A DNA stretch of 33,182 bases from Verrucomicrobiota bacterium (GTDB lineage: Bacteria; Verrucomicrobiota; Verrucomicrobiia; Limisphaerales; J093). The notes below the pieces were generated by a model. It had not been told where the DNA came from. It did not search any database and worked only from the letters and a program-made list of their open reading frames with translations. A program made the position numbers and the translations under genes. The first letter of the stretch is position 1. Each line of letters begins with the position of its first letter. Of this stretch, positions 1 through 9,625 are shown piece by piece. The DNA lies in assembly GCA_035389025.1 (NCBI GenBank), contig DAOOQY010000001.1, positions 1 to 33,182 of the forward strand, written 5' to 3'.

Positions 1-588
1 GAACAGATCGGGATGATGCGGTTCGAGATGGCAGGGACCGGTCGAGACGGCGCCCTTGACCACGCCGACATCGGTCTTCTTCAGCTCCACCAGGCCCGGA
101 TAGTAGCGAAGGGACGAGGAGCTGAAGCATGGGACCTGGTGTTGCCTGGCGAGGCGATAGATTTCGATGGCATCGCGCAGCGAGCCCGCAACGGGCTTGT
201 CGATGAACACCGGTTTCCTGGCGCGCAAGACCGGCTTGACCTGGTCGAGGTGCGGACGCCCATCCACGCTTTCGAGCATGACGACATCCACCTCCGCGCA
301 GAGGGCCTCGATCGAGTCGACGATCTTCACCCCGTACTTGTCCTGAAGCTGCTTGGTGTAGCCTTCGACCCGCGACCAGCTCGATTCAAGATCGGGGCTC
401 CCGCCCTTGAACGCCGCCACCACCTTGCCGCCCGGCACGTGGCTCTTGTCCGCCGTGTCGTTGATCAGGCTGGTGAACGCAATCACGTGCGAGGTGTCCA
501 GCCCGACCAGCCCGATGCGCAGATCGGCGGCCGTTGCGGTTCCAAGCAGGCCCAGGGCGGAGAGGCAAACGAGACGGAGCAATTTCAT
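1..588 (-). CDS. Gfo/Idh/MocA-family oxidoreductase, N-terminal part (3' end runs off the window)
   Basis: Absent from the ORF track because it is truncated by the window edge. The reverse complement of 1..588 is open from an ATG (cat at 586-588). It reads MKLLRLVCLSALGLLGTATAADLRIGLVGLDTSHVIAF...VDVVMLESVDGRPH...RKPVFIDKPVAGS: a signal-like N-terminus, a Rossmann start and the xxDKP motif of this family. The + ORF 13..636 is its antisense shadow. Confidence 0.8.
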   Translation of the reverse strand, partial: MKLLRLVCLSALGLLGTATAADLRIGLVGLDTSHVIAFTSLINDTADKSHVPGGKVVAAFKGGSPDLESSWSRVEGYTKQLQDKYGVKIVDSIEALCAEVDVVMLESVDGRPHLDQVKPVLRARKPVFIDKPVAGSLRDAIEIYRLARQHQVPCFSSSSLRYYPGLVELKKTDVGVVKGAVSTGPCHLEPHHPDLF

Positions 589-686
589 GCCGCGGAGTGT
601 AGCAGGCCGGAGACCGGCCAGGCAATCTCTCGATGAATCACATCGGAATTGGTCTGAGGCGCGCCTCACTATACCCAGTCAGAAGG

Positions 687-772
687 TCCGCCGCGTGAGG
701 GCACGCGGCCTACAGGCTTGTAGCAGGCCGGGTCCCCTGACCCGGCGCTGCATCGTTTATGTCGCTCCGTAT
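687..772. repeat. Dispersed intergenic repeat, family B, copy 1 (contains hairpin GCCGGGT-cccctg-ACCCGGC at 727-746)
   Basis: tccgccgcgtgagggcacgcggcctacaggcttgtagcaggccgggtcccctgacccggcgctgcatcgtttatgtcgc aligns almost base for base with 10798-10900 apart from a ~20-nt indel. The core tgtagcaggccgg also occurs at 598-610. Related cores occur at 14252-14267 and 26683-26697. Confidence 0.8.
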
Positions 773-839
773 AACCTGCATTTCTCACCACTTTTTACCA
801 CCGCCGAGCCGGAGTTTTCAAGAGAGGTCAACATGCAGG

Positions 840-2321
840 CTAAGGTTCGAGGAACAACCCGGCCTCGGCGATCGCCGGGCAGGCGGACGCCTGGGTGATG
901 CGCAGCCGGACCTTGTCGGTCGTGAGCGGCGCGGTCCGGATCAGGCGGCGGTTCCCGATGCTGGTTCCCCGGGCGAACTCGTGCCATGCGCCGTCGCGCC
1001 ACGCGTCGAGCGCGAAGGCCTCGACCCTCTGGCCCAGGGGCAGGAACTCGCGCAGGCTCACCACGTTCAGCCGGGCAGGCCGCCCCAGATCGAGGACCAG
1101 CTCGGGCGTCGTAGCCGCATCGTCGGTCGTCCAGTACGTGTCCCGGTCGCCGTCGGAGACGTTCTCGGCGGCAAACGACCGATTCCCGCCGCGCGTGCCG
1201 CTGGCCGTGAGCTTCGCGCCCCGCGCCAGGTCCGTCGCGAACGTGGCGTCGAGAATCCGGCGGAATTCGCGCAGAGACGCGACATCGTTTTCGTGGATTC
1301 GGCCGCGCCTGTCGGGCGGCAGGTTCAGATTCAAGCAAGCGCCGCGCCCGACGGATTTGTAATAAATGTCGAGGAGTTCGGCGGGGGGTTTGACCTTCGA
1401 ATCTTCGGCGGGATGATAGAACCAGCCGGGGCGTATGGAGACGTCGCATTCGCCTGGGAGCCAAGCCGTCCCGGGCCGTTCCCCGCTGTTCAGTCCTTCG
1501 CTGGAGCCGCCGGGGTGGCGGTTGGGCTTGGTCATATCGAGTGTTGCCCAGCACGGATCGCCCGCGATGCCCCGTTCGTTGCCGATCCAGCGGAAGTCGG
1601 GTCCGGCGTCGCTGAACATGCAGGCGAAGGGCTGGAGTTCGCGCACGATCGCCCAGGTATTCGGCCAGTCGTAGTAGGTGCGATTGTCGATCTGGCGCCT
1701 CTCCCGCGCGCCTCCGTAGTAGCCGTCGCCCCCGTTGGCGCCATCGAACCAAACGGTGAACAGTTCGCCGTATTGGGTGAGCAACTCGCGCAGTTGGTTG
1801 CGATAGTAGCGGATGTATTCGGGACGGGCGTAGTCGGCGTGGTTGCGGTCCCAAGGCGAGAGATAGACGCCGAATCTCAGGTTCTGGCGGCGGCAGGCCT
1901 CGCTGATCTCCCGCACCACGTCTCCGCGTCCCCCCTTCCACGGTGAGTTCTTGACCGAATGCTCGGTGAACCGGCTCGGCCAAAGGCAGAATCCATCGTG
2001 GTGCTTGGCCGTCAGGATCATCCCCGTCATCCCCGCCTCTCTGGCGGTCCTCGCAATCTGGTCCGCGTCAAAAGCCGCCGGGTTAAACACCTGCGGGCTT
2101 TCGTCGCCGTACCCCCATTCCTTGTCGGTGAACGTGTTCACCGTGAAATGAAGAAACCCGTAAAACTCCATCCCGTGCCAACGCAGTTGACGCTCCGTCG
2201 GGACCGGTCCGAACGGGACGGGGGCGTCGGTCGCATCGGCGCCGTTGAGGGAGATGCAGCCGGTCGAGGAGAGGAGCAAAGCGATCGCAGTGGCCTGGAG
2301 AACAAGGTGCCGGTGTTTCAT
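840..2321 (-). CDS. alpha-L-fucosidase (GH29) with C-terminal F5/8 type C-like domain; lipoprotein-type signal
   Basis: Part of ORF 840..2654(-). The start is taken at the internal ATG (2319-2321) giving MKHRHLVLQATAIALLLSSTGC. Motifs: FYGFLHFTVNTF, LTAKHHDGFCLWPS, VWFDGANGG, ECDVSIRPGWFYH, and a C-terminal NVSDGDRDTYWTTDD...VSLREF discoidin-like region. Confidence 0.88.
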   Translation of the reverse strand: MKHRHLVLQATAIALLLSSTGCISLNGADATDAPVPFGPVPTERQLRWHGMEFYGFLHFTVNTFTDKEWGYGDESPQVFNPAAFDADQIARTAREAGMTGMILTAKHHDGFCLWPSRFTEHSVKNSPWKGGRGDVVREISEACRRQNLRFGVYLSPWDRNHADYARPEYIRYYRNQLRELLTQYGELFTVWFDGANGGDGYYGGARERRQIDNRTYYDWPNTWAIVRELQPFACMFSDAGPDFRWIGNERGIAGDPCWATLDMTKPNRHPGGSSEGLNSGERPGTAWLPGECDVSIRPGWFYHPAEDSKVKPPAELLDIYYKSVGRGACLNLNLPPDRRGRIHENDVASLREFRRILDATFATDLARGAKLTASGTRGGNRSFAAENVSDGDRDTYWTTDDAATTPELVLDLGRPARLNVVSLREFLPLGQRVEAFALDAWRDGAWHEFARGTSIGNRRLIRTAPLTTDKVRLRITQASACPAIAEAGLFLEP

Positions 2322-2529
2322 GGGCGCGCAGTCTAGCGGCGGCGCATCCGGGAGTCGAGAGCAGGCCGGCGAATTGATGATTGAACCCCGGGTTGGGTCC
2401 GGACACACTCGATGCGCTGCCGATGAGCATTCGCGAAGACCAAACCAGGCGGTTGCGGGCACGATTCGGTTTCGCCGCCCGGGAGGTGTGGGCGTGCGTG
2501 CGGGAGAAGGAGGCTTGCCGGGCACGAGG

Positions 2530-3369
2530 ATGAACCGCGTCGATTTTCTGCTGAATCTGGCGGGGCTGCTCTTGTGGCTCGAGTGGCGGGCGGTGCGATT
2601 GGGCGCGCCGCTGGCGGTGGCGGGGTCGATTTCCGCGGTCCTGAAGCAAGCCAAGCCGCGCCCGGCGCGGCGATGGCTGTACCTGGCGGCCCTGGTGGCG
2701 CTTCTGGGGATTCGGTGTGTGTTCTACTGGCGCGTTGGCTCCAAACTCGATTGGGTGCCGTCCCTCGACCTCGGAACCATCACCCTTCCGTTCAACAGCG
2801 TTTCGCTCGGGCGCATGGCCCTGTACTCCGTGTTGAGCTTCGGCGTCGTTCTGGCCGTGTTCCACCTTTGGCTCCTGCTGCTCTCGATGGTGAATCGGCG
2901 GGTGCCCGACACCGATTCGTGGCAACGCCTGGTGCGGCAGTACCTTGGCTGGATCGAGCCGTGGCCGGTCGCCGTGAAGCTGGCGGCGCCGATCCTTCTA
3001 GTGGGCGCCCTCTGGTGGTTTGCCCATGCGGAGCTCGTGCGCCAGGGGATGACAGCGGCCCCCGACTCTGCGGCGCATTTGGCGCAGCAGAGCCTCCTGG
3101 TCGGTCTGGGCACGATCCTGGCCTGGAAGTACTTGGTGATCGGCTTGCTCTTCCTGGGCCTGCTCAACACGTATCTCTATCTGGGCAGTTGGAGCCTCTG
3201 GACCTATGTTCAGGCCACCGCGCGCAACCTTCTCAGGCCCCTGCACCTGATCCCGTTGCGCTTTGGTCGCATCGACCTTCTCCCAGCGGTCGGGCTGGGA
3301 TTGGCCTGGCTGGCCTTCGCCTACGCCCAGGCTGGCATCAGCCACCTGTTCGGCCGGCTCCCGTTATGA
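2530..3369 (+). CDS. polytopic membrane protein with C-terminal YggT/Ycf19-like region
   Basis: Frame of ORF 2245..3369, with the start at ATG 2530 (MNRVDFLLNLAGLLLWLEW). Several hydrophobic helices. The C-terminal NLLRPLHLIPLRFGRIDLLPAVGLGL resembles the YggT signature (LL.P.R...P..G.iD.SP). Its stop overlaps the next start (ATGA at 3366-3369), mirroring yggT-yggU linkage. Confidence 0.6.
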   Translation: MNRVDFLLNLAGLLLWLEWRAVRLGAPLAVAGSISAVLKQAKPRPARRWLYLAALVALLGIRCVFYWRVGSKLDWVPSLDLGTITLPFNSVSLGRMALYSVLSFGVVLAVFHLWLLLLSMVNRRVPDTDSWQRLVRQYLGWIEPWPVAVKLAAPILLVGALWWFAHAELVRQGMTAAPDSAAHLAQQSLLVGLGTILAWKYLVIGLLFLGLLNTYLYLGSWSLWTYVQATARNLLRPLHLIPLRFGRIDLLPAVGLGLAWLAFAYAQAGISHLFGRLPL

Positions 3370-3665
3370 GCGGCGACTTCCTGCGTCTCCAGGGCGACGA
3401 GGTTCTTCTCGCCATCCGGGTTCAGCCCCGGAGTTCGCGCAACGAACTGGCCGGAGTGATCGGTCCCGAACTCAAGGTCCGGATCGCTGCCCCGCCCGTC
3501 GACGACGCGGCGAACGAGGAGGTGCTCCGCTTCCTGGCCCGGACCCTGGGCTGCCCCCGGAACCAGCTCCGTTTGGCCCACGGGCGCACCTCGCGACACA
3601 AACGCGTCGGCATCCGCGGCCTCTCGGCTGACCAGGTGCGCCAGAAGCTCGGCGCGGTCGAGTGA
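3366..3665 (+). CDS. DUF167 / YggU-family protein
   Basis: 99 aa: [62 protein letters not shown]. This matches the DUF167 pattern (V.P.as.n......l.v....pP.dGkAN..l..fLa). The gene is translationally coupled to the upstream YggT-like gene. Confidence 0.8.
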   Translation: MSGDFLRLQGDEVLLAIRVQPRSSRNELAGVIGPELKVRIAAPPVDDAANEEVLRFLARTLGCPRNQLRLAHGRTSRHKRVGIRGLSADQVRQKLGAVE

Positions 3666-3781
3666 TCCGGGGCATTTTCGCCGACGCGGCGTGTTTCGCC
3701 GCTTGCCAAGGCGGCGCTTTGTTTTCAAAATGCGGCTCGAATGTTGCGCCAATGGGCGCGAATGGAAGCCTGAGAACACCC

Positions 3782-5074
3782 ATGATCAAGCCAGCCAAAT
3801 TGGAACTCGATGGCCAAGTCTACGAACTGCCCACGCTCCGGGGCACCGAAGGCGAACCTGCGGTGTCGATCGCCGCGCTGCGTGACAAGTCGGGGCACAT
3901 CACGCTGGATGACGGATACTCGAACACCGGTTCCTGTCGGAGCGCCATCACGTTCATCGACGGGGAGAAGGGCATTCTCAGGTACCGCGGCATCCCGATC
4001 GAGGAGCTGGCCGAGAAATCCACGTTCGTCGAGACCGCATATCTTCTGATCTACGGGAATCTCCCGACCCGCGCCCAATTCCGCGCGTTCTCGGAGCTGC
4101 TGACCGACAACGAGAATCTCCACGAGGACATGAAGTACCACTTCGAGGGTTTCCCCTCGACGGCGCACCCGATGGCGATCCTCTCGGCGATGATCAACGC
4201 CAGCAGTTGCTTCTATCCCGGGCTCAACGGCCCGCGCAACGCCGATCGGTTCGACGTCCATGCGGCGCGGCTCATCTCGCAGGTGCGCACCATTGCGGCT
4301 TTCTCGTACCGGAAATCGCGGGGGCTGCCGATCATCTATCCGAAGCGCGCCTACAAGTACACCGCCAACTTCCTGCACATGATGTTCTCGGATCCGTACG
4401 AGGACTACAAGCTGCAGCCGGAGATCGTGCGGGCGCTCGATCTGATCTTCCTGCTCCATGCCGACCACGAGCAGAACTGCTCGACGGCCACGGTGCGGAT
4501 GGTGGCATCGAGTCAGGCCAATTTGTTTGCCTGCGCCGCGGCGGGCGTCTGCGCGCTCTGGGGGCCGCTGCATGGCGGCGCCAACCAGGCCGTCGTCGAA
4601 ATGCTCGAGGAAATCCACAAGTCCGGCGACGACGGCTCGAAATTCATCGCCGCCGCCAAGGACAAGAACAGCGGGCGGCGCCTGATGGGCTTCGGGCATC
4701 GGCTCTACAAGAACTACGATCCCCGCGCCACGATCATCAGGAAGGCCTGCGACCAAATCCTGAAACGCATCCAGGTCGCCGACCCGCTGCTGGACATCGC
4801 CAAACGGCTGGAAGAGGCGGCCCTCAACGACCCGTACTTTGTCGAGCGGAAGCTCTATCCGAACGTCGACTTCTACAGCGGCATCATCATGCGGGCGGTG
4901 GGGATCCCGCTCGAGATGTTCACCGTGATCTTCGCGATCGGGCGCATGCCAGGTTGGATTGCGAACTTCAAGGAGATCATGGAGGATCCCAAGGGCCGCA
5001 TCTACCGCCCCCGCCAGATTTACGTCGGCGCGGGCTTGCGCCACTACGTCCCGCTCGAACAGCGGGAGCAGTAG
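3782..5074 (+). CDS. gltA: citrate synthase (type II)
   Basis: ORF 3662..5074 with the start at ATG 3782 ([24 protein letters not shown]). Motifs: [65 protein letters not shown]. Confidence 0.93.
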   Translation: MIKPAKLELDGQVYELPTLRGTEGEPAVSIAALRDKSGHITLDDGYSNTGSCRSAITFIDGEKGILRYRGIPIEELAEKSTFVETAYLLIYGNLPTRAQFRAFSELLTDNENLHEDMKYHFEGFPSTAHPMAILSAMINASSCFYPGLNGPRNADRFDVHAARLISQVRTIAAFSYRKSRGLPIIYPKRAYKYTANFLHMMFSDPYEDYKLQPEIVRALDLIFLLHADHEQNCSTATVRMVASSQANLFACAAAGVCALWGPLHGGANQAVVEMLEEIHKSGDDGSKFIAAAKDKNSGRRLMGFGHRLYKNYDPRATIIRKACDQILKRIQVADPLLDIAKRLEEAALNDPYFVERKLYPNVDFYSGIIMRAVGIPLEMFTVIFAIGRMPGWIANFKEIMEDPKGRIYRPRQIYVGAGLRHYVPLEQREQ

Positions 5075-5099
5075 CCGCGCCCGGTCTGGCCGATCGGCT

Positions 5100-6752
5100 T
5101 CACGACCGCTTCGGGGCGGACAGCGAGTCTTTGATGCGCTTGATGTGGCCGCGGCCCATCCCCTTCACCTCGCACCCGAGTTCGAGATACCGGCGGATCT
5201 GGGCGTCGCTCAGGATGCAGAAGCAGTCGACGACGGCAAACGGCTTGCCCACCTGACGGAACAGATCGTCGGGGTCGAGTTTGAGGTACTGCTGGTGGCG
5301 GACCGCGAAGACAACGGCGTCGACGCCGTTGAGCGCGGCCTTGAGATCGGGCTGGATGCGCAGGTTGACGAGCTGGTCCTGGCGATGGAAAAAGCGCTTG
5401 AGACTGTATCCGGGGTGCGGATAGGTGTCCTGGGCCTCGAGCTCCCACCAGTGCTCGACGTACGGATCGTGGACCTTCACGTCAGCCCCCATCTCGGCGA
5501 GCTTGCGCACCATGACTTCGGAGCCGCTGTAGCGCGTGTCCCCGACGTCTTCCCGATACGCCGCCCCCAGGATCAGGACCTCGGCGGCCGCCAGCGGCTT
5601 GCCCATGTTGCGCAAGGCGTCGCGCACCAGTTGGGGCGTGTGAAGCGAGCGGGTGTCGTTGATGTTGATGGCTGCCGGGGTGATTTTGAAAATGTTGTCT
5701 TCCCAGCCGAAGATGTGCTTGTAGGCCCACATGCCGAGGCCGCCGTCCTTGGGCAGGCAATACCCGCCGATGCCCGGCCCGGGGAAAATCAGGTTCGAAT
5801 GGGTTGGGCGAACCCGGATCGCCTCGATCACCTTCTTCAGGTCGACCCCGTTGCGCTCGGCGAACACCGACCATTCGTCGAGAAACGCCAGAATGGTGGC
5901 CCGGTAGCTGTTCTCAACGATCTTGGCAGTCTCAGACTCGATGGGCCGGTCCAGAACGGTGAGCGGGAACTTCTCCGTGTTGAGCACGTCCTTGAGGAAC
6001 CGGACGACCTTGTCGCGGGCTTCGTCGTTGATCCCGCTGCACACGCGCCAGAAATCACGGATGGACGCCACGTAATTGCGCCCCGGCATGACGCGCTCGT
6101 AGCTGTGGGCGAGGAGCGGCTCCGACGCAATCCCGCGGCGCTCGAAGATCTTCTTCATGATCGGGTAGGCCACCTGCTCGGTTGTCCCGGGAGCCACCGT
6201 CGTCTCGATCAGGACCAGCGCGCCGGCGGGGATCCGTTCGGCGATCGTGCCGATCGAGGCTTCGAGCGCCTCCATGTCCGCCGCGCCGGTGCGGACGTCT
6301 CCCAACGACTCCTTCAGATAGTCGCATTGCACGTCCACGACCACCACGTCGGCCAATCGGAGCGCCTCCTCCGTGAAGGTGGCCACCAGCGTCTTGCTCT
6401 CCTTGACGCACCGCATAATCAGCGTCTCGACCTCCGGATCCTCCGCCTTGACGGGCGAAATCCCCCGGTTCAACAACAGGATCTTCCAGTAACTCCGCGG
6501 ACTCGGCCTCTGCATCCCAATCACCAGCTTGTTCGGGCGGCCGGTCTTCTTGTCCCGCGCATCGGCCACCACCGCCGCCATCACCGCCCCCACAAAACCG
6601 AGCCCGACCACAACGACTACCTCCTGACCCTGCTTGCGCCGCGCCTTGGCAAGGGCTTCGAGACGCGCAAATTCCTTCTGGTAGTCCTTCGCACTGGGCA
6701 ACGGGAACTTCTCGCCGGTCGGACTGATGGAAACGGACTTGGCTTCTTTCAT
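5100..6752 (-). CDS. nucleotide-sugar dehydrogenase (UDP-glucose/GDP-mannose dehydrogenase family), long form
   Basis: ORF 5100..6878(-) with the start at ATG 6750-6752 (MKEAKSVSI). It has a Rossmann VVVVVGLGFVGAVMAAVVA and the catalytic-Cys motif GPGIGGYCLPKD. The C-terminal domain carries LILGAAYREDVGDTRYS. Sugar specificity is not assignable from sequence alone. Confidence 0.82.
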   Translation of the reverse strand: MKEAKSVSISPTGEKFPLPSAKDYQKEFARLEALAKARRKQGQEVVVVVGLGFVGAVMAAVVADARDKKTGRPNKLVIGMQRPSPRSYWKILLLNRGISPVKAEDPEVETLIMRCVKESKTLVATFTEEALRLADVVVVDVQCDYLKESLGDVRTGAADMEALEASIGTIAERIPAGALVLIETTVAPGTTEQVAYPIMKKIFERRGIASEPLLAHSYERVMPGRNYVASIRDFWRVCSGINDEARDKVVRFLKDVLNTEKFPLTVLDRPIESETAKIVENSYRATILAFLDEWSVFAERNGVDLKKVIEAIRVRPTHSNLIFPGPGIGGYCLPKDGGLGMWAYKHIFGWEDNIFKITPAAININDTRSLHTPQLVRDALRNMGKPLAAAEVLILGAAYREDVGDTRYSGSEVMVRKLAEMGADVKVHDPYVEHWWELEAQDTYPHPGYSLKRFFHRQDQLVNLRIQPDLKAALNGVDAVVFAVRHQQYLKLDPDDLFRQVGKPFAVVDCFCILSDAQIRRYLELGCEVKGMGRGHIKRIKDSLSAPKRS

Positions 6753-6901
6753 AGAGAGTTTGCGGATGCGTTGTGCGGTCGATCGCGGCGCGTTTATAGG
6801 GGGAGGCTTGCCCCCGGTCAAGACTTGGGCGTTGTCTTCCACCCCCGCCCGCGCCATTGTCTGCCCCGACAAACGCACCGCCGCCTCAGACTCGCGCTCC
6901 T

Positions 6902-8002
6902 ATGCGAACACTCGATCTCCGACCGCCCGACGCCTGCCACTACGATCTGGCGGCTCTGGGTGAAATCATGCTCCGCTTCGACCCCGGCGAGGGGCGCATC
7001 CGCAACGCGCGGGCTTTCCGCGTCTGGGAAGGGGGCGGCGAATACAACGTCGCCCGCGGACTACGCCGGTGCTTCGGTCTGAAGACGGCGGTGTGCACTG
7101 CATTCGCCGACAACGAGGTCGGGCGCCTTCTCGAAGATCTGCTCCTTCAGGGCGGCGTGGACGGCCGCTTCATCCGATGGGTCCCTTTCGACGGCGTCGG
7201 CCGCACCGTGCGCAACGGACTCAACTTCACCGAACGCGGCTTTGGCGTGCGCCCGGCGCTGGGCGTCTCGGATCGCGGCCACACCGCAGCCAGCCAGCTC
7301 CGGCCCGGCGACTTCGATTGGGACCACCTGTTCGGAGATCTGGGTGTCCGGTGGTTCCATACCGGCGGCATTTTTGCCGCGCTGAGTGACACCACGCCCC
7401 AACTGGCCATCGAGGCCGTCCGGAAAGCCAAGCAGCACGGGACCGTGGTCTCGTACGACCTCAATTACCGCCCGAGCCTCTGGAGAAGCATTGGCGGTCT
7501 GGAACGCGCCCAGGAGGTGAACCGCGAGATCGCGCGCCACGTCGACGTCATGCTGGGCAACGAGGAGGATTTCACCGCCTGCCTCGGATTCCGGGTCGAA
7601 GGGGCCGACGACCGCATGCTGCGCCTCGATGTCAGCGCCTTCCAACGAATGATCGAAACAGCCGTGAAGGCGTATCCGAACTTCAAGGCCACCGCCACCA
7701 CCCTGCGCGCCGCACGGACCGCCACGCGAAACGATTGGGCCGCAATCGCCTGGATGAACGGTCAGTTCTACGAGAGCCGACAGTATCGGGACCTCGAAAT
7801 TCTCGATCGCGTCGGCGGAGGCGACAGCTTCGCGGTCGGTTTCATTTATGGCCTCATGGCCACGGGCGACCCGCAACAGGCGGTTGAGTATGGCGCCGCC
7901 CACGGAGCGCTTGCCATGACCACCCCGGGCGACACCTCGATGGCAACGCGGGCTGAAGTCGAGAGACTGATGCAAGGCGATGCAGCCAGGGTCCAGCGGT
8001 AG
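6902..8002 (+). CDS. PfkB/ribokinase-family sugar kinase (KdgK-like)
   Basis: ORF 6857..8002 with the start at ATG 6902 (MRTLDLRPP). It has the N-terminal GGGEYNVA motif and the C-terminal DRVGGGDSFAVGFIYGL PfkB signature. It is divergent from the dehydrogenase gene. Confidence 0.82.
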   Translation: MRTLDLRPPDACHYDLAALGEIMLRFDPGEGRIRNARAFRVWEGGGEYNVARGLRRCFGLKTAVCTAFADNEVGRLLEDLLLQGGVDGRFIRWVPFDGVGRTVRNGLNFTERGFGVRPALGVSDRGHTAASQLRPGDFDWDHLFGDLGVRWFHTGGIFAALSDTTPQLAIEAVRKAKQHGTVVSYDLNYRPSLWRSIGGLERAQEVNREIARHVDVMLGNEEDFTACLGFRVEGADDRMLRLDVSAFQRMIETAVKAYPNFKATATTLRAARTATRNDWAAIAWMNGQFYESRQYRDLEILDRVGGGDSFAVGFIYGLMATGDPQQAVEYGAAHGALAMTTPGDTSMATRAEVERLMQGDAARVQR

Positions 8003-8259
8003 AATCCTTGAGCGGTGGAATGTGTTGCAGACATGTCGAGTCTCTGTGCTGCGCTCGAGGGGTGGAGTGTATCCGCAGCGATACTCGACCGACCGAGGAA
8101 CGAAGCAGATGGCCCGGTGCCGCCCCGCCCCGCGGGGCTTTTTGCACAGACCCTAAGGAGCGAGGACTTCGGGGAGCTCAGCCGGGCCGCGCGGGAGAGA
8201 GGGGCGGTGAAACACCGGGACTTTTCATGGAAACGAGGACTGGGATTGGTCCGAGGCGC
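8000..8259. repeat. Dispersed intergenic repeat, family A, copy 1 (split by an 89-nt insertion at 8064-8152)
   Basis: 8000-8063 matches 14363-14426 (55/64 identical by hand alignment). 8153-8259 matches 14435-14541 (96/107). A further fragment, ggaattggtctgaggcgc, is at 645-662. Confidence 0.85.
8122..8143 (+). terminator. rho-independent terminator downstream of the PfkB kinase gene
   Basis: GCCCCGC-ccc-GCGGGGC (7-bp GC stem, 3-nt loop) followed by TTTTT at 8139-8143. It lies inside the insertion that interrupts repeat A1. Confidence 0.7.
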
Positions 8260-8404
8260 ACCTCGTGAGCCCTCACCGGGCGACAGAACACCGACGACAA
8301 CCAGATGCACCGGCGAAAAGCCCGCGATAGTGTTCAGGCTTGCGGAATCGGCGGGACCGGGCTTCGATCTCGACCCGACCACGCGCGTGTGGAGCGGAAA
8401 GGGC

Positions 8405-9622
8405 ATGAACGAGACGACACGGTTTCTGCAGTCTGTTGCCGAGGGCCAGGACATCGAAGTGGGCCGCTTGGTCAATTGCCTCATCCTGGACGCCGCGCGC
8501 GCCGGAGCCAGCGACATCCACATCGAACCGTGGGAAAGCAGCGTCGCGGTCCGCATCCGCCTCTCGGGCGTCCTGGTCGAGTTGGTGCATCTCCCGCTGG
8601 ATCTGATCGACAAGGTGGCCGGACGGCTCAAGATCATGGCCAGCCTGGTCTCCTATCAGAACGATCTGCCGCAGGAAGGGCACGTGCCGGCCAGCGAGGA
8701 GTTCGGCGGCGTCGAGCTGCGCATCTCGGTCTTCCCCACCGTGCGCGGCGAGAAGATCGTCATTCGCATCTTCGACCCCCGGAACCGGAGTTTCGACATG
8801 GCGACGCTTGGGTTCGAGCCGGAGACCTTGCGGGCCTTCATTCGGCTGTTGTCGCGCCCCAACGGGCTGTTGTTGCTGACGGGGCCGACAGGCTGCGGCA
8901 AGACGACCGCAATCTACTCGGCCCTGAACCACCTCGTCGACCGCCACGGCCCGACCATCAGCATCAGCACAGTCGAAGATCCCGTCGAATTCAACCTCGC
9001 GATGGTCAGCCAGGCCCAAGTGCGCCCTGCGCGCGAGTTCACCTACCCGATTGCCCTGCGATCCCTCATGCGCCAGGATCCCCAGGTGATCATGATCGGC
9101 GAGATCCGCGACCCCGAGACGGCCAATATCGCCGTGCAGGCAGGGCTCACAGGGCATCTGGTGATCAGCACCATCCATGCGGGCAGCACCTGCGGCGTGT
9201 TCGCCCGCCTGATCAACATGGAACTCGAACCCTTCCTGCTCGCCTCCGCCATCAGCGGCGTGCTCGGCCTGCGACTGATCCGCACCAACTGCCCGGACTG
9301 TTCGATCCCCTATCAGCCCGAGCCGTCTCTCATGAAGTACTTCCCCGCCGAGACCTTGACGAGCGCCGACCTGCGGCACGGCGAGGGCTGCGAGCGTTGC
9401 CTCGACACCGGGTACTCGAGCCGCACGGCCCTGACCGAATTGCTCGAAGTCGACGAGGTCCTGCGCGAGGCCATTCTCGAGAAGATGCCGACGCGCGCCC
9501 TGCAACAAGTCGCCATCCAGCAAGGCATGCAGACCTTCTGGCAAAACGGACTGCGCCGCGTCCTTCAAGGCCAGACAACCATCGAGGAGATCATGCGCGT
9601 CCTGGCCGCGGATGCGTTCTAG
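8405..9622 (+). CDS. GspE/PilB-family secretion ATPase, short form (paralog 1)
   Basis: ORF 8015..9622 with the start at ATG 8405 (MNETTRFLQ), because the upstream part of the ORF is repeat A1 plus a terminator. Motifs: Walker A GPTGCGKTT, GEIRDPETA, His box TGHLVISTIHAG, tetracysteine CPDC...CERC, and LPQEGH...ISVFPTVRGEKIVIRIF. Confidence 0.85.
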   Translation: MNETTRFLQSVAEGQDIEVGRLVNCLILDAARAGASDIHIEPWESSVAVRIRLSGVLVELVHLPLDLIDKVAGRLKIMASLVSYQNDLPQEGHVPASEEFGGVELRISVFPTVRGEKIVIRIFDPRNRSFDMATLGFEPETLRAFIRLLSRPNGLLLLTGPTGCGKTTAIYSALNHLVDRHGPTISISTVEDPVEFNLAMVSQAQVRPAREFTYPIALRSLMRQDPQVIMIGEIRDPETANIAVQAGLTGHLVISTIHAGSTCGVFARLINMELEPFLLASAISGVLGLRLIRTNCPDCSIPYQPEPSLMKYFPAETLTSADLRHGEGCERCLDTGYSSRTALTELLEVDEVLREAILEKMPTRALQQVAIQQGMQTFWQNGLRRVLQGQTTIEEIMRVLAADAF

Positions 9623-9625
9623 GCA

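Noticed and set aside
759-1946. 395-aa + strand ORF, and the 408-aa minus ORF 757..1983
   Set aside because: Both overlap the GH29 fucosidase gene in other frames. Their translations are Arg/Pro/Gly-rich with no recognisable motifs, as expected for shadow ORFs in high-GC DNA.
3725-5044. 439-aa minus-strand ORF opposite citrate synthase
   Set aside because: It is antisense to an unambiguous gltA and has a low-complexity, Arg/Asp/Val-rich composition.
4959-7082. 707-aa + strand ORF
   Set aside because: It is antisense to the nucleotide-sugar dehydrogenase, spans two real genes and an intergenic region, and has no motifs.
8015-8404. N-terminal 130-aa extension of the first GspE-like ORF
   Set aside because: This segment consists of dispersed repeat A1 plus an intrinsic terminator. 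The conserved ATPase sequence begins after the ATG at 8405.
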